Part shown: piece by piece, positions 26,044 through 39,110 of the stretch
Position numbering within the stretch: the first letter of the stretch is position 1
Layout: each line of letters opens with the position of its first letter
Source of the DNA: Dicyema japonicum
Taxonomy: Eukaryota; Animalia; Dicyemida
Assembly (NCBI GenBank): GCA_011109175.1
Contig: RDEW01000055.1
Coordinates: 219,448 to 283,447, forward strand
Direction: 5' to 3'
DNA length: 64,000 bases
Position numbers and translations under genes: made by a program
Notes under the pieces: generated by a model
Seen by the model: the letters and a program-made list of their open reading frames with translations, nothing else
Databases searched by the model: none
Told to the model about the DNA's origin: nothing

Positions 26044-29000
26044 GGATATAAAATGTTGTTAGCGTGGTGTCATGTGGCTCACCAGAAATGGTGTCACCCA
26101 TTCCAAAAAGGAATGAAAAGAGCCAATAGATTTTTCCCACCGTCCGGTGGTCCTTTCATCTCCTGTGTCTTCGACCCTGTCTGGTGTCTCCATTTGTCCA
26201 GAATTTTGATTCTTCTATGTGGAGACGTCGAAACCAATCCTGGTCCATGGAGAGGTTTTACAATTATACAACTGAATACGAATGGGATCAGGAAGAAAAT
26301 CTTTGAATTCCGGGCACTCCTCCGCAAAAATGAGGCTGACCTCGCTTTAATACAGGAGTCCAAGCTATCTCCCTCCATACCAACACCCTCTTTTCCCGGA
26401 TACACAGTGATCCGTAAAGATCGTCAGAGAAGACGCGGAAGAGGACTACTTACTATTATAAAGAACGATTTTCTTTTTGTGGATACAACTCAACTAACCT
26501 CAGAGCTTCTTGGCTCCGACAAGACTTTGGAGCAGATTACTGTCAAAATGGAGTTATTCCCGTTCTTTTGGATCCATTTAGCTAATTTATATATTCCTCC
26601 ACAAGGATCGTGTCCGTCATCTTACACCCCTGATTTATCACGCATTTCAACGTTGAAAAATCTACTGTTATGTGGAGATCTTAATGCACGACATCCAGTT
26701 GGCTCACTTTCCAATCTTCTGATAACCGAGAGATAACTCATTGCAAATTATCCCTTCCTGACCTGATTATACTGAATAACCTTAACTCATATACGAACCC
26801 CCATTAAGGATGACTGATAGCTGCACATCCCCCCCGACTTAACACTATGCTCACCTTCTCTGCTTGGACTCATCTCCTGGAACGTCTTTTACGGTCTTCT
26901 CCAGTGACCACAATCCAATCCTTCTAAACTGAGAGGTCTTCGACGATACAGGAGACGGCCGGCGGAATCAAAAAGATTCAAGGATTATACGAAGGTTGAC
27001 TGGTCTGGTTTCAGTAACCTTGTGGATAAATTCTTGGCCGGAGATTATCCTTCCCAATACGCTCTATTGACGAGGCCGCAGAAATTATCAGCGCTGCCAT
27101 TCAGAAAGCTGACCATATTTTTATTCCTATATCGTCATACAAGAAGTTTATTCCTACCCTCAGCTCTTATACAATAAGTCTTATAAAACAAAGAGACCGG
27201 CTGAAGAGATGCCATCTGTTGGACATGAAGTCTTTGACAGCCCTCAGACAACTGAATAAAAGATCTGTCAGAGCATAAAAGAACACAAGGACAAGAGATG
27301 GCAGCATCTAGTTAACCACCTCGACAGGAAAAGTACATCCCGACATTTCTGGAAAACTCTTAAACAAGTCAAGTCGGAGCTGGATGATGCAGACGGAACC
27401 GGAAAGTCTTCTCCTGAACACTTATGCCACCTACATCCTAACACCTTATGAAACATTACGCTGGAATTAGCTTCAAACCATTCTCGAAACACCTGGACAT
27501 TAAGGTGCGTGCCCATAAACCGAAGAAGGAACCTTACACGAACTATTCACAGATGACCAAGTCTTGGATGTGATCACCAGATTAAAGAGCTCACGGGCGT
27601 GCGGGCTTGACAAAGTATCTTCTATTCACCAAAAACACCTAAGCCACTACGCAATTGACTACCTCAAGCATATATACAACTGTCTATTAACTAAAATATT
27701 ATTCCAAGATTTGAAAGAATTCTATCATCAGACCGATATTGAAGGCTGGGAAAACAGAGACAGAACCTGCATCCTACAGGCCTATTTCCGTTACCAGCAC
27801 ACTGTCAAAAATTATGGAGAAACTTGTATTATCAGTCATTATTCCGTATCTTCCGCGTCCTATATTTCAACATGGTTTCCTCCGCGGTAGGTCCACCGCT
27901 ACATACTTGGCAACTTTATTGCAGTTCATTGCCGACGGTTTTAACACCCAGCCTCCGCTTCACAAACGCACAATATTGGTTTCTCTTGACGTCAACAAAG
28001 CTTTCGACACTGTTTCGTTGAAAATCTTAGTTGGAAAAATATTTTCTACTAATATTCGTCCGAATGTGAATTTATGGCTGGTCAACTTTTTGTCTGGAAG
28101 ACGTGGAAGAGTAGTCAGTGGTGATCTCAGATCTAGATCACGATTACTACCAAACGGGGTACCTCAGAGGTCTCCACTTTCACCAATTCTATTCAACCTA
28201 TTCCTACACGACCTACCTAATGATGGAGACGAAGATTTCCTGCTATTATCCTACGCAGACGATGTAGTCATTGCAATAGGAACCGCTCGACGCAAGTCAA
28301 AACTCAGACAAAATTGAACAGTCTCCACGATTGGATTGTTGGCAATCGACTAACGATTTCTGCAACTAAGTCCATCTGTTTCACTTTCACTTCGGACCGT
28401 CGTTCCAAGGATGAACCGAGTCTTTTCATTGGTCCCACTAGGATTCCAGTGACAAGTCCCCCATTGTCCTTGGAGTCAAGTACGACAGCCTTCTCAATTT
28501 CAACTCCCACGCAACAGACATGATCACCAGGGGCCTCCAGAAAGTTAACGTTATACGCGCCCTTGTTTGGAGGATCACGAGGAACATGGACTTTTCCGTT
28601 TCTACCTCTACCAACAAACAATCGCGCCTGCCGTTGAGTATGCCTCCGTTGCATGGAGATCCGGGCTATCGGAGTCTATGGTCCAAAGAATCAACTCGAT
28701 ATACCGGAAAACAATCAGTATGCTTTGCCCACGTAATGGATCAACAGTCGACCCACTACTCATGGAAGCTAAGATCCGTAGTCGTGGCTCCGGATTTCTT
28801 CGCGTCTGTGAGGAAGATGGAAATCCGCTTCGCCTGATCCTTTCCATGGCAAGAGAAAACCGATTGGATAAGAAATTCCCCTCCCCGATCGGATTCCTCT
28901 GCAAGACCGAGAGAAGGCTCTTCCGGAAAGTAGTGGGGACAATGGAAGATCACAGACGTCGAATGGCACAATTGATTGCGAGGACTGGGATCACCTAACT

Positions 29001-29066
29001 GTTTGACTCTTTTGTCTTTCTTTCTCGGTGTTCCCGGGGTTATTAAAATAAATAAAATAAAAAAAG
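26044..29066 (+). mobile_element. Apparently full-length Ingi/Vingi-type non-LTR retrotransposon: 2A peptide - APE endonuclease - RT, no RNase H seen
   Basis: ILLCGDVETNPGP, QLNTNGIRKK, IQESKL, GDLNARH, SSDH, DVNKAFDTV, GVPQRSPLSP, YADD. A-rich tail 29045-29065. 7-bp direct repeat GTATCCA at 26037-26043 and 29067-29073. Several frameshifts. Confidence 0.88.
26200..26247 (+). other. 2A (StopGo) ribosomal-skipping peptide
   Basis: GAC GTC GAA ACC AAT CCT GGT CCA = D-V-E-T-N-P-G-P at 26224-26247. Matches the D(V/I)ExNPG|P consensus, with a Leu-rich upstream helix (LSRILILLCG), in frame with APE. Confidence 0.9.
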
Positions 29067-29319
29067 GTATCCATAAAGCTCTGGAATTAAGCTTCATAGC
29101 AATGTTAGGCTAAATGCTTGATCCATTTAGGATATGTCCAAATAACTTCCACCTCTTACTAAAACTCGTGGTTCCTCACGTTTAATATAATTTAACTTCT
29201 GTTAATAAACATTCACGCATTATAATGAGATAAAATGATTTAATAATGATTTGTCTTTTACAAACAATTTTATGTGACCTTGTAGCTTACAAATTTTTTT
29301 TTTTATATCAAATTAGTTA

Positions 29320-31080
29320 TTAATTTAAACAATAGAAGTCAGGTAGTTGCCGCCCTCACTGCGTGGCTGTTCCCTCTCAAATTGCGAGCGAAATTCGCTC
29401 AAATAGCCAGCGGCGTTCACGAAGATCTCCAGTGCATGAGGTGATCCGGTTTCCAAGACGTCCGAAAAACTCGAGTGTAGAGGGGGAGTAGGATCCGGAA
29501 GTCTCCATAGCAAGGGGAACAAATTTGACATCATCGGGAAGGTCGACGTATTTAACGAGTTTGGCTTTCTCCGCCTTACGGATGCTGAAAAGGCCCTTGT
29601 AGCACTCTCGTGAAGATTTTTCTGGCGAACGTGTCTGTACATGTCACATCCCAAACCAGTGGTTTCCCGGCCTCAAATGGAAATATGGTCATCCCGTCGG
29701 TCGTTTCCCGTTACTTCTGCATAACCCGACCGGTTCAAGAATGGCCGAGTATCCAGCAGCATCCATAGCTCGCCTGACAATTTCATTCAGAGCCTTGTGC
29801 CTTGGGGATCTGCCAGCGCTCCTCCTGCAGGCGAGAGGGTGCAGGCCATAGCAGTCTATCAGGATGCCACATCGGCACGGGTGAGGTACACATACTTTTA
29901 GTCCCAGCCGCAGAGAGATACCAGTTCTAACGCATTCATCATCCAGAAAAGTGCCCAAAGTTCCATTGGGGATGGCGTTTAGCCAAGCTCCGCTCTCAGG
30001 GGAAGCCCCCGAAAGCAGGCTTCTCGTGCGTGGATTATCTCTTGGTCAGTTGAGAATTCGGGTGGGGAGTGTAGAATCCTCCTGACCAAAGGTTCGCAGG
30101 CCGTGAGTGATGATAAATGAGCAGGAAGTGAGACGTCCAGAGTTCGACGGATTCCAAGATCCCCGAATCTAACTGGGAGTGTAGCCTGCATCCATGTATC
30201 ATCGTCGAATCGGACATTAAAATATTTGCTCCGTCGAGCAGAGGAGAGACAAATCAAAATTCTCGAGCAGCTCCTGTTGAGAATAATATGGAGCTGTCCT
30301 TAGTAGATAGGAGATTCTCTGGATGTTGAGACTTCTTTTTAATAGGAATAGTGCGTGTGCAAGTCCAGCAGCTGTAATCTTTCCAGCGAATCGCATAGGA
30401 GTCGTTTTTTGTCAAGGAGGACATGCTTCATCGCATTACTAGTGATCGGGATCCAAGAAAAATCAATTCATTTTCAGGGGTCGAAATCCCACCGGATACA
30501 AGGAGTAAAATTTTTGAACAATTGAAGAGAAGTCATCGTCAGCAAGACCACAGTTTGTTATTTCACGTTTCGTTATATTCAACTGAAGACCCACCTCGGA
30601 CAGCGCGGGGATGAGTACTTCTAAGTCCTGGAAGACCGTTTCCGGGGACCTCCTAAGACAGCGTCATCGAGGTACCAGATGTTGAGTGGGCATCTAGAGA
30701 GCTCGTGATCCTCTCAATGCCGAGGGAGAACAGCAGTGGTCCGAGGGGGTCGCCCTGTTGAACACCTGAGGACGATGGAACTATGAAATCCCCGTGCAAT
30801 AGTGATGAAGGTTTTCCGTATGAATTAATTGACCAGTTCAAATATGTACGGACATCTTTCCTTGCAGGCCTCCAGAATGCAGTCTCTTCTTAAGCTGTTA
30901 AAGCGTTCTTGATGTCCAGTTTTACCATAATGTGCCTTTTAAAGTCTTGAATGCTGCTGTTCCTGAATCTTCTGACGGAGTGAACGGCTGCCTCACATCC
31001 AAGACGAACTCCGACTCCAACTTGACTGGGAAGTAAGGATTTTGACAGATTGACGTAGAAAATCAGGCAAATGTCTAGAT
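29320..31080 (-). mobile_element. CRE-clade non-LTR retrotransposon (RT + CCHC + RLE), degenerate
   Basis: RLGCEAAVHSVRRF, KLDIKNA, SGVQQGDPLGPLLFSLG, GDLGIR, GLHPLACRRSAGRSPRH, KRPDGMTIFPF..LVWDVTC. Confidence 0.88.
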
Positions 31081-31739
31081 AATATCCTGTTCATAAGAGA
31101 AGTGAGTGACAAATTAAGACGGAAGGAGAGTGAACATGCATAATTTTTTATGTTGCACATGTCATGACAATGATTTCATTAAATTGTCTATTGATAATTA
31201 GCTTGAGGAACGTAGTTTGCCTCGAAGGTCGGGACCTCCACCATTTTATGTTTCTTCCGTCAACCATATTCACAAATCAGAACCTGCGTTTTAATACAGA
31301 AACCCCTGATCATCTGTTCCTAGTAATCGTTTCATAAGGGTTGCTTGCTCATAGATAGTGCTTCTTCGAGTCCCACTCGGGCGCAAGTTCAATTGCTGCT
31401 CTTCTCTAAGGGTAAAAAAGTCTATCGGAAAACGTCCCTCACATCCATAGAGAATGATTCATCGAAATAGAAACAAGAAAGCTTCTTTCTGTCTAATTTT
31501 CAGAGACATATAAGTGTTTGGAAAATTAATTCTTTCATATTCACAATTTAGTCTCCCTTAGTTAAATTGTAGAGCAAAATAACATAAAATAATTTGAGTA
31601 TACAAAAGGACCAAAAAATCTGAAAACACTGTAATCTTATTTAAGTGTAATTTTTTGCAAGCCTAGTACAACGGCTATATTACATGACGTTTCACTCTTT
31701 AGTTTTTGTTTTTGCCCTAAGGTACCCTTTTCATGACAA

Positions 31740-31950
31740 TTTTTTCTATATTTGAAATTTATTAGCAGTTCCGACGTTGATCAGGGATGACAAGTCTTTA
31801 TCAGTCAGCCTAGAAGTTTTTGTTGCTTTCATTATGGAAAACAAGTGTTCATACATAAACATTGACATAATCCTCATTGAAAGTTATCAGAAGTTTGTGA
31901 ACTTAGCGGAAAGGTATGAATAGAAGCAAGATATCCCCACGTCGAGGTAT
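31740..31950 (-). mobile_element. hAT transposase C-terminal dimerisation-domain remnant
   Basis: Minus-strand YEHLFSIMKATKTSRLTDKDLSSLI resembles the hATC motif CEQLFSxMK..RSRLTDxHL. Confidence 0.6.
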
Positions 31951-31967
31951 TTTGTTTGAGTGTAGAA

Positions 31968-33210
31968 CAGTGTTTCTCAAACTGGGGTCAGCGATCCAAT
32001 AAAGACCGCGGAACAATCTTTAGTAATTTATATTAGTCTACTTTTATATTATATATTTTAAATTAAATTTTAAAAAGAGCGTGTTTAATTTTATCCTTGT
32101 GGGATTTCCTGTTCAAATAATTTAATGAATAAAAATACATATATCAAATATGGATTCACTCTGAGAACTTTAAAGGTAAATGTTCCAATTTTTTTGCTTT
32201 CCAAATTGATGAAAGCACGGATATCGCCAATTTGTCTCAATTATGCGTATATGTTCGTTATATACATGCAAGCACCTTGAAGATGAATTCTTGTTTTGTG
32301 AAACTCTCAGCACGAATACAACGGCCAGGGATATATTTGATAAACTTGACAGATTTTTTGAAGTACGTGGCATCAATTGAATAATTTAATTGGTGTGTGC
32401 ACAGACGGTGCACCAGTAATGTAAGGTTGCCGTTCCTGATTTCAAAACTTTAGTCAAGGAAAAATTCCCAAATGCTATTGGTGTACATTGCATGATCCAC
32501 CATCATGCAACGATTTGAAAAATGTCATGAATGTCATAGTTAAAACGATAAATTCTATTAAAGCCAAAGCACTCAATTCTCGTCTACTTGCTGGGTTATG
32601 CAAAGAAAATGACTTTGAATTTGAGACTCTGTTGTTGCATTCACATGTGAGGTGGCTTTCAAAAAAAGTATTGAAGAGAGAATTTATACTACGAAAAGAA
32701 ATACATGAATTTCTTAAAGACTTCAAACCAAAACTGCATAAAAATTTTTCTGATACTCGTTTATTAACTTTATTTTCTCAGCAACCCATTTGCAATTTCA
32801 GGATCTCTCTTCTGAAACCAGGAACAATTTATCGATTCGTTTAATGATGGATATGCAAAACACGTTTTCAACGAAGTTTCCCAAAGCGATTTTTGGATTC
32901 AAATGGCTGATTCCTATTCAGAATTGGCAAAGATGCTTACTCCATTGCAACTACATATGAGTGTGAGATAGCGTTTCAGCACCACTTACCATCAAATCAA
33001 AATTCCGTAATAGATTGGATGTGTCAAATAACATGAGGTTGCATTGGCTAAATCACAACCCGACTTAGAAAAACTGTTGATGATCAAACAAGTGCATCCA
33101 TCTTATTAATCATCATTCTTTAATTTTGCACTAACTTTTTGTTTTTGTTAAAATGTTAATACACTAATTTAATGAAGGTCTTTTTAAAAAAAAAGTTTGA
33201 GAAACCACTG
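31968..33210 (+). mobile_element. Internally deleted hAT/Buster (Charlie-like) DNA transposon with TIRs and a perfect 8-bp TSD
   Basis: TIRs CAGTGTTTCTCAAACT / AGTTTGAGAAACCACTG. TSD GTGTAGAA at 31960-31967 and 33211-33218 (central TA). Transposase fragments QIDESTDIANLSQLCVYVRY, CTDGAP, LLLHSHVRWLS. Confidence 0.93.
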
Positions 33211-33536
33211 GTGTAGAATAATAAAACAGGTTTATTGGAAAATAGCCTAGCGTTATCTCAACGTGGTGATATTAGGCCACGTCGTTCTTTCAGTCCTTAA
33301 TGACCACATAACATAGTAGAATGGGACACAGCCTTTCCAAGCATCACGTCAATCCATATCCACTTTTGTGGGGACCAATCCAGTGAAGTAAAGAAGGATA
33401 TATCTATTTTGAATGCGACAATAAGCGTCTCCAAACAGGTGGATCATATAAAGTCTCTTAGGAATTATGAAGCAACATAGAAAAAAAGAAATGGTTTGGT
33501 GAAGTTGGAAGCCAAAACTAATATTTTATGATAAAA

Positions 33537-34812
<1,276 letters not shown>

Positions 34813-35504
34813 TTTTTTTAATTTATAATGATATTTTTCATTTATTTTTTTAAAAAAAAAACAATTCATTACAAACAAGACAATCAAAATAATCCATTTG
34901 TAGGGTGGAAATTAAATAATGATGCACCTCACTATTGCTTTATCTTTTATTTATTCATTCGCATCTATGACATGATTTATTTAGTCACGATTAACGTTCA
35001 CTCTACCTGCAGGGTGCAGGCCAAAATGGTCAATCTGGTCCCAACATATGCACACTGACTTTCAATCCGAATGAGATCCAAATAAGAACTCATACATCAT
35101 CCAGTAGGTACCCAAAACTCTACTAGGAAAGGCGTTGAGTCAGTCTTCACTTCTGAAAAACACCCTGACAACAAATAAGCATGACAGTCACGGTTAGATG
35201 GCACCAGTAGATCTTCTAATAACATACGTCCAGAACCCGTTGAGAGTTCAAGGAAAAGGAGAAATACAGGTAGATACGGTGTCACGTGCAAGACCGACGT
35301 TCTGATTTGTAGAGAATTTGGCGAGGGTTTGTAAAATTTTCTTAACGTTAAAATAAATTTTGTAAATCAATACGACGTTAATAACAGTGGACATCACCCA
35401 CTAAATAATAGGTCGAAATTTGATTTTGTGTAACGTTAAATAGATTATTAAAATCAATTAGGCGTTAAGATATAAAAATTGATATTTTAATTTTTATAAT
35501 GAAC

Positions 35505-35792
35505 TCGACCCTCGCAACGATTTTAAAAATTTTTCTAAGAAAATTTAGGATTCGAACCCATGAACCTTCAGATCCGGTGTCATCAGACGTTGTACGTTCA
35601 AGCTGAAGGCCCGATGAGACGATCAGAAGTTTTTTTTTTTTATAATTTCTTCAATAAGAAATTACAAAACAAGTATTATTGAAACAAAAAAAACAGTTAG
35701 AAAAAATTGCTCTTCAAAATTATTGATTTTATTTTTTTTCAAATTGGACACAAAATTCTAAAAAACAAAAATGGCCAATTTGCGAGGGTCGA
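35505..35792. repeat. 13-bp inverted repeat pair (MITE-like)
   Basis: TCGACCCTCGCAA at 35505-35517 and TTGCGAGGGTCGA at 35780-35792. No TSD recognised. Confidence 0.45.
35548..35612 (-). pseudogene. Degenerate tRNA-like fragment (Arg/Trp-like), probably a tRNA pseudogene or SINE head
   Basis: Minus strand GGGCC..AACGTCTGA..CCGGATCTGAAGGTTCATGGGTTCGAATCC contains a perfect B-box/T-loop. The 3' acceptor strand is missing. Confidence 0.4.
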
Positions 35793-35809
35793 TGTATCTT
35801 TGAAGTGAG

Positions 35810-36340
35810 ATTTTGTGTAGAAATATTGAGTTAGAAAATAATTGTTAAGATTGACACGTTAGAGAACACGTCGGTAGTTCCTCGATACAAAATAAATTAT
35901 AATTGCTTATATTAATGTTAAATTTAGGAAACTTTAGTGAAAAACGATAGCCTGTTCAGATAATAGCACGTGCCTGTAGCGAGGAAACAAATCGAGATTA
36001 TGAGGTAGTTGCGGAGAGAGGTTATGATTACTTGGTTGTATTTTTTTGATTGTAATGTAATGGTTACCTTTAAATAAACATAAGATTTGAAGTTAACACT
36101 ATGTTACGGACAAAGCCTGACTGTTTACTGCATTTGATATATTTTAAAAATAGATTAAAGGTAAACGCTTCGTTAGGGTATGTATAAGTTTACCTTGTAT
36201 GCAGAGAATCAGAAATTCCGGTGAAACATAAATATTTAATAGTTTACCTTTCTGACAATTAAACTGCAGGTTAATTAGTCAGACCGCACATATCAAATTC
36301 CAAAAGTTGATATTCATATCTTTGTAAAAAATTAAATAAA
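35810..36340 (+). repeat. Second copy of segment 'X' (paralog of 1-490)
   Basis: Colinear nucleotide similarity to 1-490. Confidence 0.65.
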
Positions 36341-36418
36341 TATAACTCGCTTCCAGTTTCTGCTTAGCCAGTTGTGTTGTATATTCGTTTAGTGCGACTT
36401 TATTCCATTAAATATGAG

Positions 36419-37620
36419 TAAAGACAAGGTGGAGTATTTTCTGTCACCAAGACAAAGTGGTTTCCGGTCAGGCAGATCCACTGCCGATGTCGTTTGGACA
36501 CACAGATGGTCAAGTGCTCTATGCCAAAAATATAAAAAGTGCATAAATGTTCTCGGAATAGACATGTCCAGAGCGTTTGACTCGGTTCATAGAGGCAAAC
36601 TTCTTGAAGTACTCACAAGCTTCCTAACAACGGATGATGTCAAAATTATACAAAAACTACTGCAGAATACGCAACTAGCAACCAAACTCGGAAAAACTAC
36701 TTCAGAATTCTTTTATACTTCACGTGGAATTCCGCAAGGAGACTCTTTGTCACCAGTTCTATTCATAATCTACCTGGAGGCTGCACTGAGAGATTTCAGG
36801 CCTTTAATTGAGAACAACAAAATAATCGAGTTAATATATGCAGACGATCTTGACTTTGTTTCTGAAGATGTTGAAATTCTTCATCACGTTCTCAAGAACT
36901 TACCAAATGCCTTTTCTAAATGGTTCTTAGTTGTCAACCAAGACAAAACTGAATATACAAAACTTGTACGAGTTGTACGCACTTACGATGAATCATGGAG
37001 AAGGCATAAAAAAGTTGGTTCACTACTTGGAGACTCAGAAGATGTTACCCACAGAAAAATCCTTTCCACTGCTGCATATAAAAAATTCTTAACTATCTGG
37101 CGTTCTAAGAAGAGCATAACTACGAATACAAAGCTAAAATTGTATAAAACATTCGTGGTTCCAGTCCTGACATACAACTGTGGGACATGGGGGATTACGA
37201 AACGGGAAATGGACAATCTGGATCAATTTCATAGAAATCAACTAAGAAACATCTTGAGAATACATTTCCCGAAAAAGATATCAAATTCAGAACTGTACAA
37301 AAGATGTGGCTTAAGGCCATTATCAGAGGAGATTCTCAAGGCTAGGTGGAGACTTTTTGGTCACATCTTACGAATGGATATGTTGACTCCACCAAACATT
37401 GCAATGGAGAACTATTTCGCACAACTGAAGGGATCATTCCGTGGCAGGCCTAGAGTGACGTTGCCTTCAGTACTAAATGATGACCTAATCCGAATAAACA
37501 AAACTCTACGAAATGGTCAAGATCTTGACTCACTACGAGCAATGGTCCGGAACAGGGGAACAGGAAGAGGATGTGTGGGAGGATACTGGACGTGGCACAA
37601 GGGGAACTTAATTAATCTAA
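36419..37620 (+). mobile_element. 5'-truncated RTE-clade non-LTR retrotransposon with an uninterrupted RT ORF (36414-37631, 405 aa)
   Basis: QSGFRSGRSTAD, IDMSRAFDSV, GIPQGDSLSPVLF, YADDLD, LYKTFVVPVLTYNCGTW, RWRLFGHILR, FRGRPRVTL. Confidence 0.9.
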
Positions 37621-38179
37621 TTAATTTTTGATTTCACGGGAGTGCTTAAAAAATAAACAAATATCACATGTTTCTTGACAATTCTTAGTCCGTTAATTAA
37701 TTCTTTTAGGCAATTAATTCTCTTAAATCTGGAAAACCTTCATAAATCATTATTTTTAAAGAAGTGAATTAAACACGGATGACTAGTAATCGTTAAATGA
37801 TTTCACATTATTTTTTTGATAAATTAACTTTGTTGTCTGAATGAACAATAAACTATTGGAGAATGTATTTCACAGATTCTACCTCCTTTACAGAACAACT
37901 GAAGGCGCAAAGTGAATCATTAATATATCTTCTATTTAAGGATGCAACAGAACGTAGATGTGGGGATAATGCATCGGTGTAAATTCTATGTTATTCTTTA
38001 AGGCTAAAATTATTTTAACGTTAATTAGGGGTGATAAAGTTAATAATAAAATTTAACAAATTCTGTTTTTTTTCATTATTTTTAAGCGTTCTCCGTTTAA
38101 AAAATTATAATGATTCGAAAAACTAATCAACATATAATCAAGAGTAAATAAAGCTTAATATCTTCTTTTGGTTCCAGGA

Positions 38180-38400
38180 TTGGTCATTTCCCAAGATCTT
38201 TTTCTTCCATCACTCGTCTCTGGCTCATTGTTCGACTTTTCGAGCGCGTTACATCTGGTTTGTTCATAATCTTTGTATCAGTAGTTATAGTTGAGTCAAC
38301 TCTGATCTCAACAGCTTCATTAGCCACTACAGATTGGACCGAATGGTTCTTCAATTTCTTCGACTGCTTGATTCCGAATTGGCGACACAGTTGCATTTTA
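38180..38400 (-). mobile_element. R4/Dong-like RLE fragment
   Basis: KKLKNHSVQSVVANEAVEIRVDSTITTDTKIMNKPD aligns with KLRTHKVQSVVENTRVQIKVDSVIRISVLVKHNKPD at 3606-3908. Confidence 0.7.
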
Positions 38401-38409
38401 TTTTCTAGA

Positions 38410-39110
38410 GAACTAAAAATTTTTGCGATAACCGATGAAACTCAAATCCGAAACAAAGAATATGTCTCGGTTTTGATGCGACCTAACTAAAATTATTAAT
38501 ATGGAATGTAAAAATGTCTCTCCTGAAGATTATTTGTCCCTTTTATATTGTCAGCCATCCTCGGCATCTGTCGAACGATGTTTTTCGAAATTCAAGAGTT
38601 TTTTGAAGACAAACGAAAACTTTTGTACACGAAATCGAGAAAATTACGTGATTTCCATTTTCAAAAAATAGTCTTTAAAACAACATTTGTCTTTTATTGT
38701 TTCGCATCTATATTTTACAAGTTTAAATTGAGAATAAATAGAGTTAATTTGTTTTAATTTTTAGGTAAAAAAGTTTGGTTTATAGGTTAATATAGTTAAC
38801 CTTTTAATTTTAAATTTTGAAAAAATTTAAAAAAAATTGATTCACAATGAAACAAGCAGATGATGGTTTAGAATCGTTGGAATTTCGAAATGACAGCAAA
38901 TTTATTAAAGAATACATAAATTAAAGGCTTCAAATAAATGATATTTCAAACATAATTAAAATGACTAATTCACACATATTTCCTGCCGAGTATTCATTAC
39001 TCCTGAAATGTCAGCCAACTTTGTGCTCGGTTGAACGATGTTTCACTGAGATAAAGAATTTTCTAAGATCAAACCGAAATTTTCCACCAGAAAATTATGT
39101 AATTTGTAAG
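38410..39110 (+). mobile_element. Two tandem hAT-like transposase C-terminal fragments
   Basis: LLYCQPSSASVERCFSKFKSFL (~38560-38610) and LLKCQPTLCSVERCFTEIKNFLRSNRNF (~38995-39085). Confidence 0.65.

Noticed and set aside
26075-26125. Hammerhead ribozyme (three-way junction followed by GAAAA)
   Set aside because: The CUGANGA core is absent (GTCACCC instead) and GAAA is not in register with stem III.
25869-29173. 14-bp repeat TAAAACTCGTGGTT (25869-82 and 29160-73) as the TSD of the Vingi-like element
   Set aside because: It lies ~95 bp beyond the A-rich tail and ~160 bp before the ORF. GTATCCA fits both junctions exactly, and a few 14-mer repeats are expected by chance in 64 kb.
34960-35300. 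GC-richer patch downstream of CDK9 as a small minus-strand gene
   Set aside because: No frame gave a recognisable or convincingly spliced product.
35580-35600. CTGATGA on the minus strand (also near 44890) as a hammerhead core
   Set aside because: No correctly placed GAAA or stem III; the context is better explained as tRNA-like or SINE hairpin sequence.
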